The notes under the pieces are model-generated. The model made no database searches. It was not told where the DNA came from and was given only the letters and a program-made list of their open reading frames with translations. DNA of 63,783 nucleotides, counting the filler, from Collodictyon triciliatum (taxonomy: Eukaryota), in NCBI GenBank assembly GCA_043381765.1. It is 5 parts of 5 records of this genome, joined end to end, with 100 filler letters (N's around TTAATTAATTAA, not from the genome) between each part and the next. Parts side by side here need not be neighbours in the genome. Positions count along the whole stretch, not along the records: positions 31,447 to 52,352 come from JBHJMP010001652.1; 4 more parts are not named here. One strand, 5' to 3'. Shown here piece after piece: positions 38,035 to 50,515 of this stretch (position 1 is the stretch's first letter; every line of letters begins with the position of its first letter). The position numbers and the translations under genes were made by a program.

Positions 38035-41000
38035 TCAGTTGTCGAGGCTGTGGTGTTGGGAAAGAAGCGCTGTGATAGTTGTGTCTTGAGGGATGACCGA
38101 TTTTCTGCGGAGGCCTCCTCTTGCCGGCGGGGCGTTGAATTCTTTTGGCTACATGCAATCTAGGTGGGTATCTGAAAAGGCTGTGTGAAATTAAAAATGT
38201 TTTCTTGTGGGAAACCTGTTTGAGTATTCTGTCGATTTCTTCATCCCCTTCGTCTGTGGAGCCCTTGGCAAATGAATCGTAGATAGAGTCTATTACATAC
38301 CGAAATAAATTAACTGGATATTTGTATCAATGCACTAGGATGGAGATATCAGAAAGAAAGAAGAAGAAGAAAAAAAAAAGAACTGTCCGAACTAGGAGAA
38401 ATGGGAGTGTTATTTTCTTACTCTGGTTGACAGAGGTAGGAGCTGCTCTGCGATACGATGAGGCAGTCGGTGCCACACCACTTGTCGCGTTCCTTGCAGC
38501 ATCTTCTTCAATCTTTTGCCATGCCTTTTTCCTCTTGGCATCTTCTGACCGTATTCTACAAATATTGCACAATGAAAAGGGAAGAATTAAAATAACCATA
38601 TTTGTCGCTCCGATATATTGTTGCTGTAATCCAATTACTATGGTGCTGCTATAATTGGATGTACATATTTCTTTCATGCAGAAGACCATAAATAAGAACA
38701 TATATGACCGAGTGTAAGCATTAATAGATGATGCAATTAACCTTGCTTGCTCAGATTTAAACTTTGTAGAGCATTCATCGAAGAGATTGGAATCTGTTTC
38801 CATAAACACCTTGAGCACGTTATAAGTAAGGCTGTGGATTGACCTATAGACATTTAGTAATAAATAAAATCACAAAAATTTTCCTAGTTGAGATATTTGA
38901 CTTATTGCGATAAGAAAAATATTTCACAATATATTGTGCAGACAATACAGGAAATATGGCGAGTTATGATGCAGCAAACGACTTATTGCATACTTGTCTT
39001 TTATTATCAAGTGTGGGATAACATACGTGTTCCAGTGTGATTTCGAATTCTTTAACAGGGACCCGAAAATTATAGGCAAAATAACCTTGCGATTTTCATT
39101 TACCAAACTCACAATATACTCATTGTTCCATAAAAACAAGGCTCTTTCAGCAACCTGGAAAATAAATGATCCATGAATTGAGACAAATAAGGCAAACCAA
39201 AGAAGATATATTGGCGCATGTGTATAAAGTGGTGGAAATAAGATACCTGGAAATTCTGTGACCCAAGACACTTTGACACTTTGCGGAAAACATTTGGTGC
39301 CAGTTTGGCGAAGGTTTGAGCATCAGTCAACTCCAGAACCTATGAAAGGTAAATATTAACTTAACTGATGCAAGAACAATGGAGTCTATGTGAACAGGGC
39401 TAGGCAAGGAGGCTTCCTTACTGCACTGAAACAACAATTACTTATGGAGCTTACCTCTTCCAGTTCCGTTAGGAAAATGACTTCCTTAGCGCTGTGTGTT
39501 ACAGGCCAGTATTTGAGCAATGAATTAATGACCTACGAGTCATGATTAGTCGTTTACTTGGACTGTGAATGGATAGGGCAGATATGATAATGTTTTTGAA
39601 TATACGAGGTAAAAAGGAAAAGAAAGTATAGATAACAGTTTTCAAGAAGGAAGCAAAAGTACTTAAAATCAGTATACTCACTGTTTCGGCTAATTTTGCA
39701 TCTTTCTCAAGAAATTGTGTGACACAATAATTCAATTGCTGGTGATAGATAACAAATAATCGAGGCTTATGGAGTGGGAGAAGTGCTTTACAGAGGAACT
39801 GCTTATGCTCATCTTTCAGAGGTAGAGCAAATCCATTTATTATACTACACAATAAAGTCGCTAATGATGAAATAATTACACCCATAAAAAAAGGGGATAT
39901 GTTTCAGTTATTTTATTCTACTTTATTTATTTTTTTTAAAAAAAAAATGTCTGATGGAAAATTTTATATAATATTAACGCCTGTATGAAGAAGGAAAAAA
40001 TGCCTTCCAAGAATTTCGAGAAGTTCAGCGATGCCATTGTGTCGCTCCGTTTCAAAAACGAAATGATAGAATATGTTGTTGATTGCTTTTCTAATAAATG
40101 CGCGATGGGAGAGGAACTATGGGGAGGCAATGAAGCATGTAGTTAGAATTTATCATGCCTTAGGATGAATTTTTTTTAATGTTACGTTTGTGGAACAAAG
40201 AGAATAAGGAAAATGATATCGAATGTGTGGCTACCTTTCCGTAAAGGCGATGAAGTGCAGTTTTTAGGTAGTCGCGCTCTCGAGGGTCGTCACTTCCAAA
40301 CAAATCGAGAACCTGCAATTCATAATTTTTTTTATTAGTATGTATTTAAATATATTAAAAAAGTGAATGATTTAAAGTCTATGCATTATCATGTTTTAAT
40401 ATCATTGAAATAGCTATTGATTTCATGAATTCATCAACCTGTAGAACAAATGACGAGTCAAGATATTTCTTTGAGGTATTCACATCTGTGTAAGGGGATT
40501 CGATGAATCGCAGAAGGAATTCATAGATTATCTGGATTTGTGTCCAAAAAGGGTTAAAATAAAAAAAAGGATTCGGAGGTATAATAGGAGTATTTGAATA
40601 TGCCCACGAAATAGTTTTGATCATCACCTGCAGGTGAGGCCAAGCTGCTTCCAGGACAGGTTCATCCTCCTCAGGGTCGAGATTTTCCTCACCATCGCTT
40701 GGGCGCGGCGGAAGAGCACGAAATAAGTTGCAGCTGATCTGTTTGAGAAAAGTAATTTTTCTTATCATAAATCGATTCACTTTGGAATTAAAAAAATATA
40801 ATGTGCGGAATGGTGTACAGCAAGTGGTGATGATCAGGCAGCAAACCATTTGGACAAAATCTTCATATATCATCTCTGGGAACGGGGCCTTCGCAGCATT
40901 GACAAAATCAACCAATTCAGTCAACATGGCTCTTTTTATTTCCTTCCCACCCAGTTCTGCCTGCGGGTCTGTGAAATCAAACACGATGCAGCACTGTCTC

Positions 41001-42120
41001 ATTTTCTTTTGGAAGAGATTCATTCTCTCAGAAAGAGGCACATCTAGGTGGATTTTTTTCTCTTAAAATGTGTCTACTGGTATGTATTGGTGGGTTTCTT
41101 ATTTCATGGCAAATATTATGATGCCTTTTTTACAGAGCTATCAAAACAGGATGGACAATACCTTTGAATGATGGAAGTTTTTCGATCTTTCCTTGGGTTA
41201 CATTAAAACGGGATGAGAACTGTTTGGTCAACTTTTTCACTCGATTTTCAGGCCTGGCGTCTGAACTTGAATCTGGTTGTGACTGTGACTGTGACTGTGA
41301 TTGCTGGACAGATGATGAAGATCCGTATCCACTTGGTGTTTGGTGCTGAAGCGAAGGATTGCCGTATGATTGGGATGCCGAAGGTTGTGCTGTGAATGAT
41401 GATGAGGAACTGCTTTGTGTTGTTGTGGAAGTGTTGCTGGAATATCCGTTCGAGGCAAGAGATTGATCTAGCTTTGACGAGAACGAGCCGCTGGAGTCTT
41501 GCTGTTGCTGCGTGGGATTCATTGTGAACAGCAGTTCATATGGATGGTGTTGAGACGAGGAAAAATGCTGAGGTATACATATGGATGGGAATATGATCGC
41601 GAGAACATGTGCGATATAATTTCCAAATAGTAATAACAATAGAAACTAACCTCCTTTGAAGTGCGACGACCGCTGGCACTGGACTATAAATGAATGCCCG
41701 ATGTCAGATATGTTTTTTTTTTCTTCCAGTGTATATGTGCCATGGTTTATATAGGTGCGAGACATATATCGTGTATACGAACGGAAACACACTGGTTTGG
41801 GGGTTGTGCTGGACTTCGAGGAAGAAGATGTCGGGGTCTTTGGCGGATTCCGCGAAGCAGAAGAGGTATTGGATGCTGAGGTGGAAGTCGAGGTGGATGA
41901 CGACGTAGACGACGAAGAGGTCGAAGAGCTCTTTGACCCACCCCCGAACTAAAGAAATACATTCTCATAAGTGGGTTGTTCTTCTTGGCAGATCAGATAG
42001 GAGGAAATGAGAAGCAGTGGTCGCCTTCTTTTAGGCTGGTGTCACAGAGTTCTTGTGAAGATATCAGAAAGGGACAGGAAGAATCCTGGCGTGGTGACTT
42101 ACAAACTTCTTTTTGAACAT
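38035..42120 (-). CDS. PPP2R5: PP2A regulatory subunit B'/B56
   Basis: [15 protein letters not shown] (Ser-rich N-terminus), then [75 protein letters not shown]-terminal [10 protein letters not shown]...*. Confidence 0.95.
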
Positions 42121-42489
42121 GTCTTTGGCTGGCAGGAGCGATCGGGCTCTGTGATTGGTATGTGATGAAGAGAGACAGTGTCAGGGTTGAGGATAGGCCC
42201 TCCAATACAATTAGTAACTCGGCTATTTTTTCGTTATACTTTTGACAAAACATGTGCTGTTGTTCGAGCGCTCGTGTTAGCGACCGAAAGAGGACGTGGC
42301 AGGAGGAGTATTTTGGCGTTTTGCTCAACCCTGGTGGCTTAGCACCAATAACATGACGAGCCGTGTTTGCGAGAATATCAAAATAAAATAACAAAAAAAA
42401 AAAAAGGGCTGTCGTGGTAAGACGGAGAAAACGGGAGAGATTCTGTACAACCAGCGAGGCGAGCACTTTGTTGCTCAGTAACGGCGATT

Positions 42490-42551
42490 AAATCAGAAGA
42501 GAGCGCCACTTTGAATCGAATAAAGGAAAAAAAAATTAGAAGAGAGCGCCA
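42490..42551 (+). mobile_element. 24-bp poly(A) micro-insertion with 19-bp target-site duplication
   Basis: AAAT(C/T)AGAAGAGAGCGCCA at 42490-42508 and 42533-42551 flanking CTTTGAATCGAATAAAGG(A)n. Confidence 0.65.
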
Positions 42552-43025
42552 TGAGCCTCACGAAGAGGTCTTCGTTTTCGAGGACGGACGATTGTGCTGC
42601 CTGAATAACGCGTCACAGAGGCGTGGGAAAGCTTTCTGCTGTAAACGGTGTTTGTTGTTTGATGCGCCTGCTGTCTGACTGCCCGGCATCGCTGTTTGTT
42701 GATTGTGTGTGATGTGTATCGCTAAACGCATTCGGAAAACGCGTTGCTACTATATGTGGATTCCGCCGTTGGGGAAGAGTCTCTTTCCCGTGGGTGCAGG
42801 TCAACATTTGGTTAGACGAAAGAAGAAGTGGTCGGTGTCTTAGGGCGCGGCGAAGGCAACCAATCGGACAACAATACTTTGTTTTATCGCTGCTCCAAGG
42901 CAAAAGAATGGGTGCAAGGAAAAAGGAGCCCAGATGAAGCAGAAAAGGAAGCAGTTGCGAGTGCACAAGTTAACCGAGTGTCTTAGCTGTATAATTTTAC
43001 CGGTATTGAGAACCCTTTGAATCAA

Positions 43026-44238
43026 TCAATCTTCGTTGGTAGTAAAAGGCTGATGGAATGCATTTAAATTCCATTCGCCGCTTTCTGAGAGAATGTTTGG
43101 ATTCAGATTCCATTTCCTATGCTGCAAGGAGGATTTTGAGTTGTCTTCTCCAGTCATACTATTTTTTGCATCTGTTAAATTATGGTCGCGTAAAGGGCAC
43201 TTTTTTACAGATTCGTCATTAAAACCAAGACTACTACGCCCATCTGGGGTTGATAAATTTGGTATGAAACTGTCGGATTTTACAATATGGGTGTCTTCAT
43301 CATTCTGTTCTAAAACAGAACCCATTTCTCTGGTATCTCTACATTCTTTCTTTTCTGATCCAATATATACATGATTGGCTTCAGGTAGAAAAGCATCCGA
43401 GGTCACCCAACCGTGATCAACCTCTAATTCGACTGGGTGCATTGCAGATGATGCCACTGCTCTTTTATGAGATATTTTGTCCTCTATATGAGTGCCTTCA
43501 GAGTCTCCCACAAGCTGGTCGAGTTGCAAGTTAATCTCTGCACTTGGTTGCGGTGGTATTTTACTCATTTCTTGAAAAAGTTCTGAGTTGAATTCCTCTA
43601 TAATGTCTTCAATGCCCTTCACACACGTATTTCATGAAACAAATAAAAGGAATTTACATGATTCTGTCACTAAATTTGAGATAAAAAGAATATTCGAGAG
43701 AGAGAAAAGTACAGTGTGTTTATGAGACCATAAGCCAGTGAATCTATGGTAATATATTGAATGAGATTACCTTTGGGAATGAAGGGCTTTTGAGACAAAG
43801 CAACAGATCCTTGAAATCTTGTTGGTTGCTTGAGCAACACATAATTTATTTTTTTTAGTGAATATGTGAAGTTTACATTATAGAATTGTAACGCTATTAA
43901 AAAAAATAATTAAAAATAAGAGATGATTCTTATTTGTATTCATCGCGTTATGGTAAAATACTAACCTTTGAGGTTTGTTCAAAGAAGAGTCCATCAGAAG
44001 ATCGAATTCTTTTTCAAAGTTCTATTAAAAAATAAGAATGCTCAAAAAAAAAAAACAGAAAAAGATGATGCGGTGTTTTGCTGTCTAGGAACTGCTAGAA
44101 AGAAAAGGGTAAGTTTTCAGAACAAACCTGTATCTTGGACTTTGTTGGAGGCAGAGACTTTCCCTCCTCCCGTTGGAGTTTGATGGGTTGGGCAACCCTG
44201 GCAAGATCGGTGAGAATGTCCAATAGCTCAGGATCCAT
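43026..44238 (-). CDS. Unknown acidic, probably disordered protein (4 exons)
   Basis: MDPELLDILTDL...KIQ|NFEKEFDLLMDSSLNKPQ|SNQQDFKDLL...FPK|GIEDIIEEFNSE...TTNED* joined by GT-AG introns in phase. Confidence 0.55.
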
Positions 44239-44810
44239 GTGGATCGGGATGACACGGACAAACGCTATTATTGTTGCGTTTTGATGTTCGGATGCAAAAC
44301 CATATGACTTGGGTGACAGCACTAGGTAGGTCGGGCTGGGAAAGAACGAACCTCGCTGGGCTTTGCTTTGAAGAAATGAATGACAGCCTCAAGTGTACTT
44401 GTCAAATGGGCATATTTATGACAAAAGCGAGATGAGTGTTGGCTGTTGCTAGCTGCTTGTTGTGATGGGACATAATTATTTATTTACTTTTATCTTGTGC
44501 ATAATAATTGTATTTGCTTACCCAAAACAGGGGTAAAATAGGAAAAATTTGTATTCATGATATATATTCCAGAAATCAATACCACATAGGAAGAGTCTGG
44601 AACGAGCCAGAATATTCTGGTGTACCCAATTGTGGAAATTGCTCTTAATTGGATATTGGTTGCCATTTGCTTTTTATTTGATTCTCGCCCCAACTACCGG
44701 CCGCAGGATCCAAGAGACAACTAGCAGCCCACTCCAACCCACACGCCAGCAGCGCCCGCCCACACGCCGCCGTTCCCCCAGCAGAACCCCAACAGCCGCA
44801 ACCGAATCAA

Positions 44811-45302
44811 ATGGTACGCCCCTTGCGCACGACTCTTGCGCTTGCCCATGCACAACATACGACTGAGCAACCAAGCACCTGAGCAACACATTAGAAGAAC
44901 AAAGTAGCAAAATAGAAAGAAAAGAAAAGAAAAGAAAAGAAAAGAAAAAGAAAAGAAAAGCACGCCAGACTGCTCTGAAACAAGGGACTCAACGCAACGC
45001 AGGCCGTCCGTGCAAAGTCGCTTGTGCCCCTGTTTGACCGCGTCCTCGTGGAGCGCCTCGCCGCGCAGAACAAGACTGCGACGGGGCTGTTCCTGCCGGA
45101 CGCAAGCACCGCCAAGCTGTCCGAGGGCGTGGTCGTGGCTGTCGGCTCTGGCCGCACCACCTCTGCCGGCGTGACGATCGCCCCTGCTGTGAAGCCCGGC
45201 GACCGCGTCCTGCTGCCCGAGTACGGAGGCTCGCCCGTCAAGCTCGGCGACAAGGACCTGACTCTCTTCCGCGAGGACGACCTCCTCGGCATCCTCCACT
45301 AA
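44811..45302 (+). CDS. HSPE1: Mitochondrial co-chaperonin Cpn10/Hsp10
   Basis: ATG-only first coding exon 44811-44813, intron 44814-45002, then AVRAKSLVPLFDRVLVER...KTATGLFLP...GVVVAVGSG...VKPGDRVLLPEYGG...LFREDDLLGILH*. Confidence 0.95.
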
Positions 45303-45523
45303 GCCCCCGCGCCCCCACCATGTACAATGCGGCCCGAATAAACAGACCCCACGCGTATATGGCATGCCCACGCGCCCTGCTCTATCTGCCCCGCCCAGAG
45401 AAGCGCCCTGGAACAGAGACAACAAACACACAAACAAACACACAAACACACAAACACACAAACACACAAACAAACAAACAAACAAACAAACAAACACACG
45501 CACACACCAAGAAGCAGTCCGCC

Positions 45524-46358
45524 ATGTCCTCGATCCTCCGCTCGGCCGTCCGCTGCAGCCGCACACTCCGTCCCGCCCTGCCGGCTGCACGCCTCGCGGC
45601 CGTCTCTGCCCGCCCCTTCGCCTCGCTGCCCGACAGATCGCGCCCGCTGCCTGCTGCCCCGCGGCTGCCTGTGCGCTCCTTCGGCACCGCTGCCTCGCCC
45701 TTCAAGGAACTCAGCGACAACGAGTTTGAAGTCCAGGTTCTGCAGGCAGCCGAGCCGGTCATTGTGCAGTTCCACGCCACGTAACTCTTATCCTTTTCTC
45801 CTTTTCTCTCTTTTCTCTCATTTATCGCGTTTCTCTTTTCTCTCATTTATCGCGTTTCTCTTTTCTCTTTTCTCTTTTCTCTTCGTGTCTGTGTGGGGGC
45901 TTACACACGGCTCATTCCGCCTTGCGTCTCATGTACCCCCCTCTGAGCAGCTGGTGCGGCCCCTGCAAAAAGTATGCACCTGTCTTGGAGGCCGCCGTCA
46001 AAGCCAGCGGGAAGGTCAAGCTGGTCAAGGTTGATGTCGACGACTGCCCTGGGATCAGCTCTGAGTGAGTTATGTGTGCCTGCATGCGTACCTTTGTCTT
46101 TGTTTTTTGTCTTTGTCTTTGTCTTTTTCTTTTTCTTCGTCCTTGCCCTTGTCCTTGTCCTTCTCGGCTGGAGCCATCAGCCTCCGCTGCTCTATCTCTC
46201 ACACAATCCTTTTGCGCCTCTGCTTCGCCAGTATGAAGATCGCCGCTGTGCCCACAATCATGGCCTTCCACAAAGGAAACGCAGTCAAGACCTTCACCGG
46301 AGCACTTTCCTCCGCAGACACCGCTGCCTTCGTCTCCCAACTGGCTGCCCTCCAATAA
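45524..46358 (+). CDS. TXN2: Mitochondrial-type thioredoxin
   Basis: Arg/Ala/Ser-rich presequence without many acidic residues (MSSILRSAVRCSRTLRP...), spliced FHAT|WCGPCK active site, KVDVD, IAAVPT; 3 exons. Confidence 0.9.
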
Positions 46359-46495
46359 ACACAGGCAAATTCACCGCCCCTCAAGAATCAAAAGCGCTCT
46401 TGTTCCCTATGTGGGAGACTGAAAGGGCCGGCTCCCTCTGCAAAGAAGGCTCCCACTCGAACGAAAAGTGCTTGTTCTGATCAATTCCCACAGAG

Positions 46496-48401
46496 ATGGC
46501 GAGCTGTTCCTGTAGTTGCGCCGCTGCGGCTCGTCGTAGACTGGAGTTCATCATCGAGCTTGTGGAGGCTGTCAGGCAGAGGGCAGACACTCAGAGACAG
46601 CAATTCGCAGGCCAAGGCGATCAGGTCTGCCACGCTTTTTCCCCCTCCAATAGACTTTTCTTTTCTCTCAAGGATCCAACCCTTTCTTCTCTGGGCAGAA
46701 GCCAATGTCATAAGGCGTCGCACAGCCCAAGCACACCAGCCCACTTTTTGTGTGTTACTAGACCCTAGAGATGAACTACAAATATCATCTCACTTCTCTC
46801 GGTGTTAAACCATACATATTATGTTTCTTTTCCCATGTCGTTTATCCAGCTCACGGAGGATATGGAGACTTTGGATGTGCATATTTGCGATGAGTTTGAA
46901 AAGTTTAGAACGGTCATTAACCTTGCTGAGCAGAGAGCGCTATTGGAGGTGAAAAAAAAGAAGAAGGAAAGAAGACAATAAAGAATTATTGCCCACTACA
47001 TCGTCTCTTATCTTTTATTTTATCTTATAACATCCCACTTTAAATCGCACACAACATGAATCCTATTCAGGTTTTATCAAAAAAAAATTCAAATGATTTT
47101 TGTAGCTGTTTCGCATAGTCTATGTCCTCACACATATCTTTTTAAATCTAAATCAACTCTACATTTGCTAGAATCAGAAAAATATTAAATTAATTCGATC
47201 TTTCTTTTAAAAACCCCTAACAAAAAATAACGTTTCAACAAAGCTTCGCGATGCGCATAGAGTTCCCATCAAGAAACTATCCAGCAAAGAAATGGAGGTA
47301 ATCCAAAGAAGAACACATCTCTCCAAAATCCTATTGCTGAAGCAGAATACCCTGCCTAAATCTATCTTCAAGTTTATTCCGAAGGTTTTTTCAACAAAGA
47401 AAAAGGCAGCAAATCTGCACTTGTTGGCATCCCTTTTCTGCCATGCAGACGAATCCTATGAGAAACATTCGCTCCCCCAAATACAAACTGAATCCCTGTT
47501 TTTCATAAAACCATTGATGATTTCTTTACTGGAAAAAGACCTACCAAAGAACTTCATTGCCGCAGGAAAGTATGAAATAACTCGAGCTTATCCAATCCAA
47601 CCCACGGCGTCTTTAATCATTGGGAGAACAGTCCAAGACCGCCCACACGGCACTCACGTCTTGACAATTCACCCCACTACCCATGAGATTTATGCGTCTT
47701 GTGGAAACCCTTACCAAATTAAGGTATATTCACCCGATGGAAACTTCCTGCGACGATTTGGACACTCGGGCTATGGAGAAAACAGATTCCATCACACACA
47801 CGGCCTTCTTTTCTCATCATCCGGGACAGAGTTAATCTCTGTTGAATGCGGGCTATCGATTGTTCGGATTGTGGACCTTGATGGTAACTTGAAAAAAGTC
47901 ATCGGCCGACCAGGTGCAAGACCTTTGGAATTTGCTGCTCCTCACTTCCTTGATGCAGATGCTCAAGGCTTCGTTTATATTGCAGATAGAGATAATCAGC
48001 GAGTCCAAAAGGTGACTTTCCAAGGTGAATTTGTTCAGTTTATTGCAGAACCTGGCTCGAGATATCATCAAAGCAAGATTCTGGATAGTATTTGCATCAG
48101 TGATGAGCAAGAGCTTTTAGTGGTGACATATAACGCAGACAGAGTTCGCGTTTTTGATTTGAAAGGAGAATTCTTGAGAGATATCCCAATCGAGCCCGTC
48201 AAGGACTGGACTCACATTTCCCGTGGACCGAATGGCGGATTCCTTGTTTGCGACTATTCCGGTCACAACATCCGTTTCTATGATAGGTTCGGGAAAAAGC
48301 TGCAACAGTTGACCACCGACTCACCTAGATTTGCCATCTTTGATCACAAGTCACGTTTGCTTGTGTGCAATACAAGTTCAAACACAATAAGCATTTACTA
48401 A
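46496..48401 (+). CDS. Coiled-coil plus NHL-repeat beta-propeller protein
   Basis: Two short helical exons splice into ORF 47292-48401 with NHL repeats (IKVYSPDGNFLRRFG, VYIADRDNQRVQKVTFQGEFV, RVRVFDLKGEFL). Confidence 0.8.
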
Positions 48402-48794
48402 GGGATTCACGCACTGGCGGTTCATCGCACTCGCACATGGTATATCCTTTTTGAAAACTCGTCTAATAATCGATCCCCTTCCCTTATGATTACAGATATC
48501 ACTGTGTGACCAACTAATGCTCCGCGGTATCTTCACATTCAAACTTTTCACCCCTGTAGGCCCTATCCACCAATCCTCTCCTAGATATGCCCTTCGACGA
48601 TACAAAATTTATATCGCTTCAAAATAATTCCTCGCCGCTCTTTTGCGTGGTCTTGCTTTAACTGAAGTTTCCAACTAAAAACAAAACAAAACAACTAAAT
48701 AAACTAAAAATCAGCAAAAAGTACTTAAGTTTAAAATATTACATTGCACAAACTGAAAGGAAGTATTTATATATATAATATCTAGTTTTAAACT

Positions 48795-49590
48795 ATTCCT
48801 ACTCCAAATTCTTTCGATACAAAATATCGCCGCCGGCGCCTTACATAAAGTCAAAACATCAACGGTGGGGAGAAACACTAGGCATCACCCACACTCCGCT
48901 CACCGCAAGCTGGAGACAAGCACGAACCCCGCAAGTCCTTCCAAATCACCGCTCTCTAATGCTTAATATCACCAATAGGGAGTTATGGATAGGCATACGC
49001 GCGGCAAAAGCTGGCAAAGTCTCCCAACAACTCAGCATTTGCATCAACGGTGATGAATCGATTGAACACACATTTGTGCAATGTCCCTTCGCTCAAAACC
49101 TGCGCGAAACAGCCGGTGAGATTTTTCGGCTGACACTCAAGACGGCTGCGGCTGTTGGCCCAATCCAGGCGATATTTGGGCCTCTGCAACAGCTGCGTCC
49201 AGATGCAAAAACATTCTGGGCAGTGACGCGAGGCCATTTGCTATGGACTATGTGGATAGCGCGCATATACTCACGCAAAGCAAGATTCAACAACCAACCA
49301 CCCATTCCTGATAACAGGCTGAATGACATCATACAAATCTCTTTCCTCAATAGCTTCCTTCGCCACTTGCACGTTCTCTACTACTCAGACCCTGTGAGAA
49401 GAGACATGTGGAAAGAGGCCGAGAAAGGATATTCAACCTCGCCTTGTATCTTCATGCAAGCACAAGACCCAGGCTACAGGCCAAAGCGCAGGATGCAGTT
49501 GCTGATTACCGACTGCTTCCCCGCCACCCGGCCACCAAGTAGCGTCCATGCAAACGATGGCTAGCGAACCAAAGCCAACATCTCCATCAT
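48795..49590 (+). mobile_element. 5'-truncated copy of the same L1/Tx1-like LINE
   Basis: Collinear with about 16055-16848; ICINGDESIEHTFVQCPFA, LLWTMWIAR; shared 3' segment gcgaaccaaagccaacatct. Confidence 0.8.
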
Positions 49591-50086
49591 CTTGAACATA
49601 TTGAAAAGGAGGAACCATAAAATTGATCGATTGTAAACACAAAGCTTTTCATCAAGCTTCGCTGTGACATCTTTTGTGTCCACCGCGCGCGGGTCGCCGT
49701 CTTCAACCTAGATTCTGCCTCGAATCTGATCGCTCTTCATAATTCCTTCTTCGACAGCATTTTTTTCAATTCGCACCCTGGGCGAAGCCTTTATGCTTTT
49801 ATTACTCAGTTTATATATATATATATATTTTTAATGCACCTTGATTTTTCTCTGATTCTCTTTCGACAGCGCAAGGCGTGCGTCAGACAGCCACATATTC
49901 ATTTCTCAAAACACCACGTCAAAAAAAAAAAAAATAGTCTTATGTGTGAGGAGAGCACCGTCAGCAACGACGAACCCCAAGAACAGCCCACTGCCCAGCA
50001 AAAGCTAAACAAATGTTCATTGCCCAGCTCCTTCGAAAGAAAAAAAGAAGGTAAACGCCAAGCGCCGAACCCAACACACAAGACAA

Positions 50087-50515
50087 ATGAGCTTCCTCCG
50101 CCGCACGTATGAGAGTGTGCCCACGCAGGGAGACCAGACGCTGCAAGAACTCTCGGCTGCGCGCAATGAGGACAGCAAGTCTGAACCTGATGACTTTGGA
50201 ACCGGGCGAGAGAGCGAGTGCCATACGCCAGACACACGCCGGCTGCTGGACGAGATGGTACGCTTTGGCGAGACCGATCGAGTCCCGAACGAGTCGCAGC
50301 GAAGATCAATCACACTGGCTCTGGCGCTGCTGCTGCTGGGCTCGCTTCTGGCCATGGCAGCACTTTGGGAGCTGGAGATCGGCTCCTCGCGTGCCGGCCC
50401 AACGATATTCCTTGCATCCATCATGCTGCTGCCCGGATTCTACTACACCAGAATCGCGTACCATGCCTACAGACGAACCCCAGGCTATCGCTTCCGCGAC
50501 ATCCCCATCGTCTAA
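50087..50515 (+). CDS. TMEM230: TMEM230/TMEM134 family membrane protein (intronless)
   Basis: Two hydrophobic helices and the C-terminal signature LPGFYYTRIAYHAYRRTPGYRFRDIP. Confidence 0.85.
   Translation: MSFLRRTYESVPTQGDQTLQELSAARNEDSKSEPDDFGTGRESECHTPDTRRLLDEMVRFGETDRVPNESQRRSITLALALLLLGSLLAMAALWELEIGSSRAGPTIFLASIMLLPGFYYTRIAYHAYRRTPGYRFRDIPIV

Noticed and set aside
41130-41639. ORF-track start (MLLLF... or MNPTQ...) for B56
   Set aside because: Three upstream exons (42103-42120, about 41792-41948, about 41651-41683) splice in phase, giving MFKKKF as the more likely start.
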